From contig CANMDT010000003.1 in NCBI GenBank assembly GCA_947496715.1, forward strand, positions 13,112-77,111: a stretch of DNA of 64,000 bases, read 5' to 3'. A program made the position numbers and the translations under genes. The DNA comes from Myxococcales bacterium (GTDB lineage: Bacteria; Myxococcota_A; Bradymonadia; REDH01). The notes under the pieces were generated by a model. That model searched no databases and was not told the origin of the DNA. It was given only the letters and a program-made list of their open reading frames with translations. How positions within the stretch are numbered: position 1 is the stretch's first letter; every line of letters starts with the position of its first letter. Of the stretch, positions 45,330-54,314 are shown piece by piece.

Positions 45330-46549
45330 AGGTTGCGATCCTCTCACGCAGCGATGCTTCCGGCGGCGGTGCGGGCCGCGTTGCGGACGAGCTGACGGCG
45401 GGGCTCCGCGGCGCGGGTCACAGCGTCCTCCGCGTCTACCGCAAGGGCGAGCCGGCGAGCGGGCGCGACACCGTGCTCATGCCCGCACTCCGCGGCGAGC
45501 AGGGCCTGCGCCAGACGCTCGGCCTAGATCTCTCGTCTGCGCCGCTGCTCCTGCTTCTGGCGCATCGCGGGGTTGAATTGGTCCACTTTCACGACCACCA
45601 GATGGCCTTCGGGTTGCGCGCCGCGCAGGCTGTCGCGGCGCGGCTTCCGACCTGCTTCACCTTCCACGATTACACGGGCTTCACGGGCGGCTGCCTCTAC
45701 CCCGGAGCCTGTTCGCGGTATGAGCTCGGCTGCGGGCGTTGCCCCGAGACGGGGCGCGGCGCACAGCCCGCAGGACTCGATCGGTCGGCCGCGACGTGGG
45801 ATGCCAATCGCCGATTCGGCGCGACCGCCGGCGTCGTCGGTATCTCGCCATCGGCTCACTTCGCTGCGCTTGCAGAGCGGGGCGCCTGGTCGGGTCGAGC
45901 AGTCGAGGTCATCCCAAACGGCGTCGATACCGTGACCTTCGCGCCCGAACTCCGATCGGCTTCACGGGCGGCGGAAGGGGTAGCGCCATCGGAACGGATT
46001 CTGCTTTTTGTTGCGGCGCAGTTGAGCGACCCTCGCAAAGGGCTCGCAGACCTCTGCAAGGCGCTGCAGCCCAGGTTCGACAACGACCCGACGCTCACGC
46101 TCTGGCTGGTCGGCGGAGAGGAAAAGCTCCCGCCGGAGCTTGCCTTGTTGGGCGGCCGAACGCACCGTTTTGGGCGCATCGGGAGCAAGTCGCGGCTCGC
46201 TCAGATCTACGCGGCGGCCGACCTCTTTCTCCTACCGAGCCGCGAAGACAACCTGCCCTGCACGGCGGTGGAGGCTCTCTCCTGTGGTACGCCCGTCGTG
46301 GGTCGCCCCGTAGGTGGGATCGCGGAGATTTTTGAGCATGGCCGCAGTGGCGTGCTTGCACGGGACCAGACGGTGGAGGCGCTCGGCTGGGCCATCGATC
46401 AGGGCCTTTCGCAGCTGACCGGGGAGCAGAGTCGGAGGGCGGCGCGGAGCTTCGCCGAACATCGGTTCGGTATGGCCACCTTCGTGGCGCGCCACGAGTC
46501 AGTCTACGGGCGGGCCGCTACGGAACAGGCAGGGAGGACCGGGCGATGA
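45326..46549 (+). CDS. GT4 glycosyltransferase (WcaC-like)
   Basis: GGAGR, TFHDYTGFTGGCLY..C..Y...C..CP, IPNGVD, SREDNLPCTAVEALSCGTPVV. Confidence 0.88.
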   Translation: MKVAILSRSDASGGGAGRVADELTAGLRGAGHSVLRVYRKGEPASGRDTVLMPALRGEQGLRQTLGLDLSSAPLLLLLAHRGVELVHFHDHQMAFGLRAAQAVAARLPTCFTFHDYTGFTGGCLYPGACSRYELGCGRCPETGRGAQPAGLDRSAATWDANRRFGATAGVVGISPSAHFAALAERGAWSGRAVEVIPNGVDTVTFAPELRSASRAAEGVAPSERILLFVAAQLSDPRKGLADLCKALQPRFDNDPTLTLWLVGGEEKLPPELALLGGRTHRFGRIGSKSRLAQIYAAADLFLLPSREDNLPCTAVEALSCGTPVVGRPVGGIAEIFEHGRSGVLARDQTVEALGWAIDQGLSQLTGEQSRRAARSFAEHRFGMATFVARHESVYGRAATEQAGRTGR

Positions 46550-48408
46550 GCGAACTGCCGGCAGAGAAAGCGTCGTCGGAGCGGTGGCCCTCTGTCGCCT
46601 TCGGTGTCGTCGCCGCGCTGCTGCTGCTCGCGCGCCTGCTGCGGCTCTCGAGCGAGGGGCTCTCCGCCAGCTTCGACTCGGCGATCTACATCCGAAACCT
46701 CTGGGGCATCGCGCAGAGCGACTGGCATAACCCGTTGGTGAACGACCACCTCTTCGGTGTGCATGGTAACTGGGTGCTCTTCCTTCTGGCGCCGCTCGTG
46801 AGGTGGGTCGATCCGGCACTGCTCCTGACGCTCGCACAGAGTCTGGCGCTCGGCGCGACGGCAGGCCTGTTGCACTTCGGATTTCTGGAGGCGCTCGGCC
46901 AGCGCGCGAGCCGCGGCAGGCGGCTGGCTGTATCGACGCTGCTCTGCGCAGGGCTCATGGCGGGGCCGGTGGCAATCAATCCGTTCCTCTTCGACCTGCG
47001 CCCCGACATGCTCGGACTTCCGCTCTTGCTGGCAGGGCTTCTCCGCGCGCGGCGTCGGGGCTTTGACGGCGCGGCGCTGGCATGGATGGGGGCCGCACTC
47101 CTGGTTCGCGAGGACTTCGGCATGGTCATCATCGGCGCGATGGCGACCGCGCCCTTCGGCCGGTCGTTGCTCCCCGAATGGCGGCGGCGATGCGGCGTGA
47201 TCGCGGCTGCGCTGGCCTTCTTCGCCCTCTACTGGTTCGGCGTTCGCGGCTGGGTGTCGCCGCAGAGCGTCGCCCGCGCGAGCAGCGTCGCGACGCAGAT
47301 GCTCGACAACGCGAGCCCGCTCCCGCTGCAGCAGGTCGTCGCCTACAAGGCCGAGATTCTGGCGGCGGTGCTGCTCGGCGCGGGGCTCCTTCCGCTCTTC
47401 GGCTGGCGCTGGCTGGGCGTCGCCATGCCGGGCCTCGCCTTCCTGCTGATTCAGTCACGCATGCAGGCCGACCTGCTCGACTTTCACTATGCGATCTTCG
47501 CCCTGCCCGGCTTGGCGATCGCCTCGGTAGATGGCTTGGAACGGCTCGTCTCGCGACCGCGCCACGCACCGCTGCTGCTGGCCTCGGCCGCCATCATAAT
47601 CGCGCTTTTTGCGACATCGAGCGCGCTGCCGGGCGGAGGACGCCACTTCGCATCGCGCGAGTCGGCCATCAACAGCGACGGCTCCCTTCGCCTCACCGCT
47701 GACGGTGTTCCACTCTACGAGGCCATGAATACCCTGGTGGCGGCGCTGCCCCCCAACGATGGGGTCGCTGTGCCGTTCGCACTCTCTGCGGGTGCCGCCG
47801 CACGGTCCACCATCGTGACGACCGAGCAGGTGAAGCAGTGGGTCTCCAAGGGCGAGAAGTTTCCGCCTGAACTCCACTGGGTGGTGCTGTTCGGCAAAGA
47901 CTTTGAGGGGCTCGGCAGCCGGCTTGTGAGCGAGCACGGGCTCCATCTTGTGACGACCGTCGATCAATCGCTCGCGGTACTCACCGATCGCCCTGTGCCG
48001 ACAAACTGGGAGGCCTTCAGCCTTCCCGCGACGGGGTGCGCGGCGTTGGCGGATTGGCCAACTGCGGGCGTTCGCCTCTGCGCGACCGATGCGGCGCGCC
48101 CTGGCTGGTGGGTGGAGCGGACAGCGGGTGTCGCGCTGCCTGCCCCAGCCGATCTCTTTCTCGAGCAGGCCGGCGCAGCTCCCACGCTCTTCCGAGGCGT
48201 GTCGGGCCTTGTTGAACTTTCGTCACTTCCGGTCGGTCGTGCGCTTCCTGTTCGCGGTGCAGCCGGTTCGGGTGTATCGTTCATTGCAGCCGTACTCGCG
48301 GCGCAAGGTCGCACAATCTCGTGCCGCTCCTCGGACGGGGCCAGCGGACCACGCTGCGATCTCCGCTCCACGCATCCAACCCAGCCCGCACAAGGCGAAT
48401 ACCCATGA
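46546..48408 (+). CDS. DUF2079-like membrane protein (possible GT-C)
   Basis: FDSAIY..NLW....HLFGVH...LLAPL, FDLRPD, VRED, FHY motifs; many TM segments. Confidence 0.68.
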   Translation: MSELPAEKASSERWPSVAFGVVAALLLLARLLRLSSEGLSASFDSAIYIRNLWGIAQSDWHNPLVNDHLFGVHGNWVLFLLAPLVRWVDPALLLTLAQSLALGATAGLLHFGFLEALGQRASRGRRLAVSTLLCAGLMAGPVAINPFLFDLRPDMLGLPLLLAGLLRARRRGFDGAALAWMGAALLVREDFGMVIIGAMATAPFGRSLLPEWRRRCGVIAAALAFFALYWFGVRGWVSPQSVARASSVATQMLDNASPLPLQQVVAYKAEILAAVLLGAGLLPLFGWRWLGVAMPGLAFLLIQSRMQADLLDFHYAIFALPGLAIASVDGLERLVSRPRHAPLLLASAAIIIALFATSSALPGGGRHFASRESAINSDGSLRLTADGVPLYEAMNTLVAALPPNDGVAVPFALSAGAAARSTIVTTEQVKQWVSKGEKFPPELHWVVLFGKDFEGLGSRLVSEHGLHLVTTVDQSLAVLTDRPVPTNWEAFSLPATGCAALADWPTAGVRLCATDAARPGWWVERTAGVALPAPADLFLEQAGAAPTLFRGVSGLVELSSLPVGRALPVRGAAGSGVSFIAAVLAAQGRTISCRSSDGASGPRCDLRSTHPTQPAQGEYP

Positions 48409-49865
48409 AGTTCAAAACGGTTCGAAGCCTCTTCCGCCCCGCGCTCCTCGCCGGCCTTGCGCTTGGCACCTTTGCCATGCCCTCCGCCGTCTCCTCGCAC
48501 GGCATCATGGGTCACATGCACGTGACGGGATGGGCCATCGAGAACCTCCCGCCCGGCGAGCTTCGCGACATGCTGAATGATCCCGAGGTGATGAACGCTG
48601 CCATCTTCGGCTCCGCCTACACCGACTCCGGCTACTTTCCGAAGGGCTCTGTGGAGTCGCAGGCCCGAGCCTATGGCGAGCACACGCACTGGGAGCCATT
48701 CATTCAGGACTTCGTCACCTGGATCCGGGTGAATGACCCGCCGCCGTGGACCTCCCTCGAGTCCAAGAAGCGGTTCGCATTCATGCTCGGCTGCGCATCG
48801 CACGGCCTGCAGGATGAGATCTTCGACTCCATCTTCCTCGACCAGGTCGACTACCACGACAGCGGGAATCAGGACATCGCTGACCCGGCGACCGACGGCT
48901 TCCTCTCCATCGACGGCCATCTTCGGTTCATGCCGACGGAGTACTATCCAAAGGAGACGGTTCTAGAACTCTACCAGACGCTCAACATGGGTATCTCGGA
49001 GGAGACCGTTCGCTACGGCCTCGACGCGATGGAGACGCTCTATGTGAATCCCCGAAGCGGCTACGCCGTGGCGGCCGGCTTCGGGCGTCAGCACGGAGCC
49101 AAGCTCGGCTGGACGCGCGCCCACTACTTCGACGCAGATGTGCCGGGTAGCATCCGCAGCGAAATCCTCCCGACCATGCGCTACATGATCGCGCTCTGGG
49201 AGCGGGTGCAGGGGCAAAACTCCGCCGACAACCCGGTGCTCTTTCAGTACCCCGACGACGGTCGGTTCCTGCGCTCGCTCGACCCCGCAGACCCCGCCTC
49301 ATGGGTGACCATCGTGACTGCTGCTGCGGCGAAGGCAGATTTTGTTATGCCCGACTGGAAGCTCGATGACGGCACTCCCATCCCCTTCACCAAGCGGGGC
49401 ACGCATTGGGGCGGTACCGACCAGTTCGCGCGGGTCATGCAGCTGCGCCCGCTGGAGCAGCTCCCCGCCGGCCGGGCGTCCACCGTCAGCTGGAACTTCA
49501 ACGGGCCCCTCATCAACGGCGAGGTCTCGACTGCATCGGTGGCGCTGCCAGTTCAGACCACCTGCAGCGAAGGCAGCGGTGCCTGCCCCATCGGCTGCGA
49601 GGCGCGCACCGGCATCACCGCCCCAGAAGAGGTCGGCACTGCGATGGGCCGCCCTGCCTCCTGCGTTCCCGCCGAGGAGGGGAGCGGAAGCGGTGCAGAG
49701 GGAAGCGCTACGGAAGGCGCAGAGGCCAAGAAGGGCGATAGCGGTGGCTGCCATACGAGCCGGCCCGGCTCCGCCTGGAGTGCTCTCTGGTTCGCCGTTG
49801 CGCTGCTCGGTCTGAGGTCAGCGCGGTCGACGCGCCGCCACCAAGATGCTGCCGCCAAAGGCTAG
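48405..49865 (+). CDS. Secreted zinc-dependent phospholipase C/GPI-PLD-like protein with MYXO-CTERM-like tail
   Basis: Signal peptide then HGIMGH, GSAYTDSGY, HTHW, SHGLQD; C-terminus SGGC...WSALWFAVALLGLRSARSTRR. Start ATG 48405. Confidence 0.65.
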   Translation: MKFKTVRSLFRPALLAGLALGTFAMPSAVSSHGIMGHMHVTGWAIENLPPGELRDMLNDPEVMNAAIFGSAYTDSGYFPKGSVESQARAYGEHTHWEPFIQDFVTWIRVNDPPPWTSLESKKRFAFMLGCASHGLQDEIFDSIFLDQVDYHDSGNQDIADPATDGFLSIDGHLRFMPTEYYPKETVLELYQTLNMGISEETVRYGLDAMETLYVNPRSGYAVAAGFGRQHGAKLGWTRAHYFDADVPGSIRSEILPTMRYMIALWERVQGQNSADNPVLFQYPDDGRFLRSLDPADPASWVTIVTAAAAKADFVMPDWKLDDGTPIPFTKRGTHWGGTDQFARVMQLRPLEQLPAGRASTVSWNFNGPLINGEVSTASVALPVQTTCSEGSGACPIGCEARTGITAPEEVGTAMGRPASCVPAEEGSGSGAEGSATEGAEAKKGDSGGCHTSRPGSAWSALWFAVALLGLRSARSTRRHQDAAAKG

Positions 49866-50663
49866 CTCTTCGCCCCGAGCAACAGCTGCGACTTCGCCGG
49901 TGAGCATCGCTCGGATGGCGCGGTCTGCGAGGCCGGGCTTGTGGTCGCGCGCTACAGACGCTGCGGTCGGGGCGGCAGGTGCGAGCCCCATACGATAGGG
50001 TAGCGCGCGCAACAGGCCAATAAGGGGCGGCAGGGGGCGGAAGAAGTGGCCGAGGTAGCGCTTCTCGAAGCCGGCATCTTCGATCAGGCGCGACATCGAG
50101 GCTGCTGTGTAGCGGCGTTGGTGACCTGCGGCGGCGTCTTCGTGTGACCAGAGCAGCGGGTAGGCTGGTACTGCGATGAAGAGGAGCCCGCCCGGGCGGA
50201 GCGCGCGACGGGTCTCTCGCAAGAACCCGACATCGTCGGCAATGTGCTCGACCACATCGAACATCCCCGCGCCGGCGAGGCAGCCATCGCGAAAGCGGCA
50301 GCTGTCGAGCGTCCCTTCCACGACGGAGGAGAGTCCGCGCGCGTGGGCGCGAGCGGCGCCCTGCGGTCCCGGTTCCACGAGCAATGTCGGAAGGCCAAGG
50401 GCCTGGACAGCGAGCGCCACGAAGCCGTTACCACCACCGATATCGGCGAACGGTGCGCCTTCGAGTTCATCCAGGTAGCGCCCTATCAGCGCGGCAATGA
50501 CTGCGTTGCGGTGCGCGAACCAGAAGGAGTTTTCCTCGACAGCGAAGCAGGCGTCGTTTCCGTCGGCAGGATAGGAGATGGCCTCCACCTCCGGCGGGCG
50601 CCAGACGCCGTCGACTCCGAGCACGATGGCCGATGCGAACTGTGTGAGGTCGAGGGGTTCCAC
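49818..50663 (-). CDS. Class I SAM-dependent methyltransferase
   Basis: SFWFAHRN, DIGGGNG, FDVVEH, IAVPAY..LWSHED...HQRRY; start trimmed to GTG 50663 (uncertain). Confidence 0.78.
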   Translation of the reverse strand: MEPLDLTQFASAIVLGVDGVWRPPEVEAISYPADGNDACFAVEENSFWFAHRNAVIAALIGRYLDELEGAPFADIGGGNGFVALAVQALGLPTLLVEPGPQGAARAHARGLSSVVEGTLDSCRFRDGCLAGAGMFDVVEHIADDVGFLRETRRALRPGGLLFIAVPAYPLLWSHEDAAAGHQRRYTAASMSRLIEDAGFEKRYLGHFFRPLPPLIGLLRALPYRMGLAPAAPTAASVARDHKPGLADRAIRAMLTGEVAAVARGEELAFGGSILVAARRPR

Positions 50664-50759
50664 GCTGTCGAGGTACCACCCGACATCTGCGAAGGCAACC
50701 TGCGCGCCCGTCCTGCTGCGCGGCTTGCACCTGCATTCCGAAGGCAGTAGCCTTGCGTG

Positions 50760-50920
50760 TGATTTGGTTCCTTCCCTGTTCTGAGGGCGGGCCAAGCGGG
50801 AATCTGGTGAGACTCCAGAACTGACGCGCAGCGGTGTGAGCGATACCCCCTCACCACGACACTGGGAAACCGGGAAGTCGAGGGGGCCGAGAGCTCGAGT
50901 CCGAAGACCGGCCAGATCCT
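50760..50920 (+). ncRNA. Cobalamin (B12) riboswitch
   Basis: GGTTCC...AAGCGGGAATCTGGTGAGACTCCAGAACTGACGCGCAGCGGT...CACTGGGAAACCGGGAAG...AGTCCGAAGACCGGCC B12-box; directly upstream of a TonB-dependent receptor. Confidence 0.9.
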
Positions 50921-50980
50921 CCGTAAAAACGGAGTGTAGGACCTCCCTCGCGTTCGGGGACATCGCTTCAGGACACCGAC

Positions 50981-53080
50981 TTGTTCCCCCTCTTTGCCGA
51001 TGCGCTTTGCGCAGCCGTTCTCCGTGCCGCCGTGGCATCGGGCGACCCGCAGGGCGTGCAGCCAGAGCCTGTCGTATCGGCAGAGGAAGAGGCCGAGGGG
51101 TCGGGCGTTCCAGCACCGACACAGGCACCTCCTCCAACTGCGCTCATCCCCCACACCCGTACCGACGGCGCACCCTTCGCCTACCATCTCGGCTGGAGCG
51201 GGCAGGAGGCCTCGAGAAGTTCGCTCACCACCGCGCGTACCACCTTCTCCGACCTCGGCAGGGAGCTCGAGCGGATGCCCAGCCTGCGGCTTCGCGAGAC
51301 CGGACTTCCAGGGTCGAGCAGCTTTATCTCTATCCGCGGTTCGGCGCCTGCGCAGGTTGCGGTGGTGCTCGACGGACTGCCCCTGACCTCCGGCTTTGCC
51401 GCAGCCTTCGACTGGTCGCTGCTACCGCCCGATACGGTCCAATCGGCCCGCGTCTACCGCGAGGCCGCGCCGCTGGGGGCCGGCACCATGGGCGGCGGTG
51501 GGCTGATCGAACTTACCGCGGGCGACACAGAGTCGGAGGGCTTCTGGGCCGCTGCGAGCGCTGGCTCGTGGGCCACACAGCGGCTCTCAGGAGGCGTCAG
51601 TCTGCGGACCGACGACCACTGGTTCGGGCTCTCTGCCTCCCACCGCGCCACTGATGGCGACTATCGCTTCTTCGACAACGGCGGAACACCGTCGAATGAG
51701 ACCGACGACGGCTACGGGCACCGCTCCAACAACCAACGGTCGCAGTGGGCGACGCTAGGCGCGTGGCGCTGGTTCGGTGACGACCAGACCGTCGCCGTCA
51801 CAGCGCTCGCGACGGGCCTCGACCAGCAGATCCCGGGCTACGAGCAGGCGCCCAACCAGGCACTGAGCCAACGGCACAACAGGCTCTTGGGAGCGCTCCG
51901 TCACGAGTGGCGCCACGATACCTTCAGCATGCAAACAAGCCTTGGCGGAGATGCTGTCGCGCTGGAGCTCGATGACCCGCTCGGCGAGCGCTCCGCCTTC
52001 GGAGGACAGAGCGCATCGACGGACCGGCGGGTGGTCGCGCAGATTCAGCCCGCCATCAAACTGCCGGCGTCGCTACGGCTCTCGACGCAGGCGGAGTTCA
52101 CCGGAGAGTGGCTTGACGGGGGCAGCGGAGGCGCAACCGAGCGCATCGCGCGCAGGCTCAGTCGCGCTGTAGGCGCTGAGCTCAGTGGCGACCTCTTCGG
52201 CGGCCGTTGGCTGCTCATCCATCGGGTAACTGACAGTGGAGACAGCGCCGGTGGAGACGAGGATAGTTCATCGCTGGCGTCGAGCGCGCTGATGGTTCGC
52301 GCGCCCCTTGTCAGACTGCCCGATTTCACCCTCACAGCCCGTTGGAATGCGGCCTCCGCCGAGCGACTCCCGACCTTTCTGGAGCGGTTCGGCGGGACCG
52401 ACAATGTGGTGGCCAATCCGATGCTGCGAGCGGAGTCGCGTATCGGCAGCGACGGCAGTCTGGAGGTCACAACGCACTTCGTCCACACCCAGATCGATGC
52501 GGTCTGGAGCAGCTTTGTTCGAAGTACCGACAACCTCATCGTCATGCTCCCCAACAGCCAGCAGGCAACGCGGGCCGAGAACATCGGAGCGACGCTCGCG
52601 CTCGGCCACGAGTTAAGCCTGTGGCTACGCTGGAGCAGCGGCGCGGAGTTCGCCTTCGCCGGAGCCTACTCCGACGCGGTCGACGCAACGCAGGACAGCG
52701 TCAGGCGCGGCAAACAGATCCCGTTGCACCCGTCCTGGACCGGCGCGGGCGAACTGTCGCAGCGGGTCGAAACGGCGGTCGGAGCGCTCACCCTCGCCGC
52801 GCCGTGGCGCGCCGCATCTTCCTTCTTCGTGGATGGCGCGAACCTCTCGGCGCGCCCCACCGTTACCGAGTTCGGCGCGCGGGTCGCCTTCGCTCCCGAG
52901 GCACTTCGCGGGCTGTCGGTGGAGGCGCGCGTCGAGAACATTGCAGACCGGATGCACGGCCAGGTGGAACAACTCTCCGCGGGCGAAACGACCTCTGTAC
53001 CGTGGGCCACCTCAGACTTCGTCGGCCACCCGTTGCCTGGCCGCGCCCTCTACCTCACCGTCAGCTACGCATCGCCATGA
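50981..53080 (+). CDS. TonB-dependent receptor, BtuB-like
   Basis: Plug motif ISIRGS...VAVVLDGLPL, GAGTMGGGGLI, barrel with NPMLRAE, C-terminal LPGRALYLTVSY; riboswitch upstream. Confidence 0.85.
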   Translation: MFPLFADALCAAVLRAAVASGDPQGVQPEPVVSAEEEAEGSGVPAPTQAPPPTALIPHTRTDGAPFAYHLGWSGQEASRSSLTTARTTFSDLGRELERMPSLRLRETGLPGSSSFISIRGSAPAQVAVVLDGLPLTSGFAAAFDWSLLPPDTVQSARVYREAAPLGAGTMGGGGLIELTAGDTESEGFWAAASAGSWATQRLSGGVSLRTDDHWFGLSASHRATDGDYRFFDNGGTPSNETDDGYGHRSNNQRSQWATLGAWRWFGDDQTVAVTALATGLDQQIPGYEQAPNQALSQRHNRLLGALRHEWRHDTFSMQTSLGGDAVALELDDPLGERSAFGGQSASTDRRVVAQIQPAIKLPASLRLSTQAEFTGEWLDGGSGGATERIARRLSRAVGAELSGDLFGGRWLLIHRVTDSGDSAGGDEDSSSLASSALMVRAPLVRLPDFTLTARWNAASAERLPTFLERFGGTDNVVANPMLRAESRIGSDGSLEVTTHFVHTQIDAVWSSFVRSTDNLIVMLPNSQQATRAENIGATLALGHELSLWLRWSSGAEFAFAGAYSDAVDATQDSVRRGKQIPLHPSWTGAGELSQRVETAVGALTLAAPWRAASSFFVDGANLSARPTVTEFGARVAFAPEALRGLSVEARVENIADRMHGQVEQLSAGETTSVPWATSDFVGHPLPGRALYLTVSYASP

Positions 53081-54282
53081 ACGCACCCTTCGCATCTCGC
53101 TTTTCCCTCGTTGCGGCAGGGCTCGTGCTCGCCTTCTCCTCCGCCTGCCAGGTGGAACTTGATCCAGCATCGGAAGCAGACACAGGGCCCGTCGAGGGCT
53201 CCGGGAGCGGAGACGGGCGTGAGCTCTGTGCCCTCGTGATGACCAGCGACTTTTCGCAGACCGCCGCGCTCCACACGGCGCGCTACCGTAGCGGCGAACT
53301 GAGGCTTTCGGAGCCGCTGACCTCCGTCAGCACAGACGCAGTCCTGCGCGGCAACGACCGCATCGTAGCCGTCCTCAATCGCTACCCCGCAGCCTACCTT
53401 CAGCGCATCGACCCCGCAGCCGGCTTCGCCACCGTCTGGGAGCGCGCCCTGCCGACGGGCAGCAACCCCTCGGACATATGGATTGCCGAGGACGGGCGTG
53501 CGGTCATATCGTTGTACGGTGCCGGCCGCCCCGTTGCAGGCGGAGAGCTGATAGAGGTCAACCTGCTCGCCGAATCGGAGGCGGACTGGATTGTAGGCCG
53601 CCGCTCGCTCGCTGCTTGGACGGAGGCAGACGGCAACCCGGAGGCGTCACAGCTCATCCCGTTCGGCGGCCTCCTCTTCGTCGTACTCCAACGCCTCGAT
53701 AACTATCCGGGATGCAGCGATGGCGGTCGAAGCGCCCTGCTCGCACTCGACGCCAATACGCTCGAGCCGGTCGGCCACTTCGGCGGAAACGCCACACTCA
53801 CCCTGGCCGGGTGCAACGCCTACGCCGCAGCGCTGCATGCCGACGGGCGGCTCATGGTAGCGCTCACCGGCCGCTACCAATGGAGCGGAGATCGGAGCAA
53901 CGACGGCGGCATCGAGGCCATTGACCTAGCGCGGGGCACCTCGCTGGGATGGCTGACCCGGGAAGGAGCGCAGGGCGGCGGCGACATCACCGAGGTGGCC
54001 GCCGCCAGCGATGGCAGCACGCTCTGGGTAGTCTCTTCGGCAGACTTCGCTGGCTCCATCTTCAGCGCAGCACGCGACGGCAACGTTTCGGGCCCTCTGT
54101 GGAGCGGCTCGAACCTCTTCGACATCACGGTGCAGGGGGATTCCATCTGGGTTGCTAACCGCCCGAGCCTCTCGGCTGCGGTCGTGCTGATCAACAGCGC
54201 AGGCCAGGAGCTCGGTCGTGCCATTCCACCCGCGCCGCCCATCGCCTTTCTGCCGCTTGAAGCAGCTACGCTTTGCCCGTAG
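53077..54282 (+). CDS. Beta-propeller lipoprotein co-transcribed with the BtuB-like receptor
   Basis: Lipobox SSAC, ATGA overlap with the receptor stop, repeated strand motifs (GSNPSDI, GNPEASQL, GDITEV). Start ATG 53077. Confidence 0.7.
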   Translation: MNAPFASRFSLVAAGLVLAFSSACQVELDPASEADTGPVEGSGSGDGRELCALVMTSDFSQTAALHTARYRSGELRLSEPLTSVSTDAVLRGNDRIVAVLNRYPAAYLQRIDPAAGFATVWERALPTGSNPSDIWIAEDGRAVISLYGAGRPVAGGELIEVNLLAESEADWIVGRRSLAAWTEADGNPEASQLIPFGGLLFVVLQRLDNYPGCSDGGRSALLALDANTLEPVGHFGGNATLTLAGCNAYAAALHADGRLMVALTGRYQWSGDRSNDGGIEAIDLARGTSLGWLTREGAQGGGDITEVAAASDGSTLWVVSSADFAGSIFSAARDGNVSGPLWSGSNLFDITVQGDSIWVANRPSLSAAVVLINSAGQELGRAIPPAPPIAFLPLEAATLCP

Positions 54283-54314
54283 TCGGGCTCTGTCTCCCTG
54301 CTGGCACACTTACA

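Noticed and set aside
50664-51137. N-terminal extension of the methyltransferase ORF
   Set aside because: Runs antisense through the cobalamin riboswitch and receptor start.
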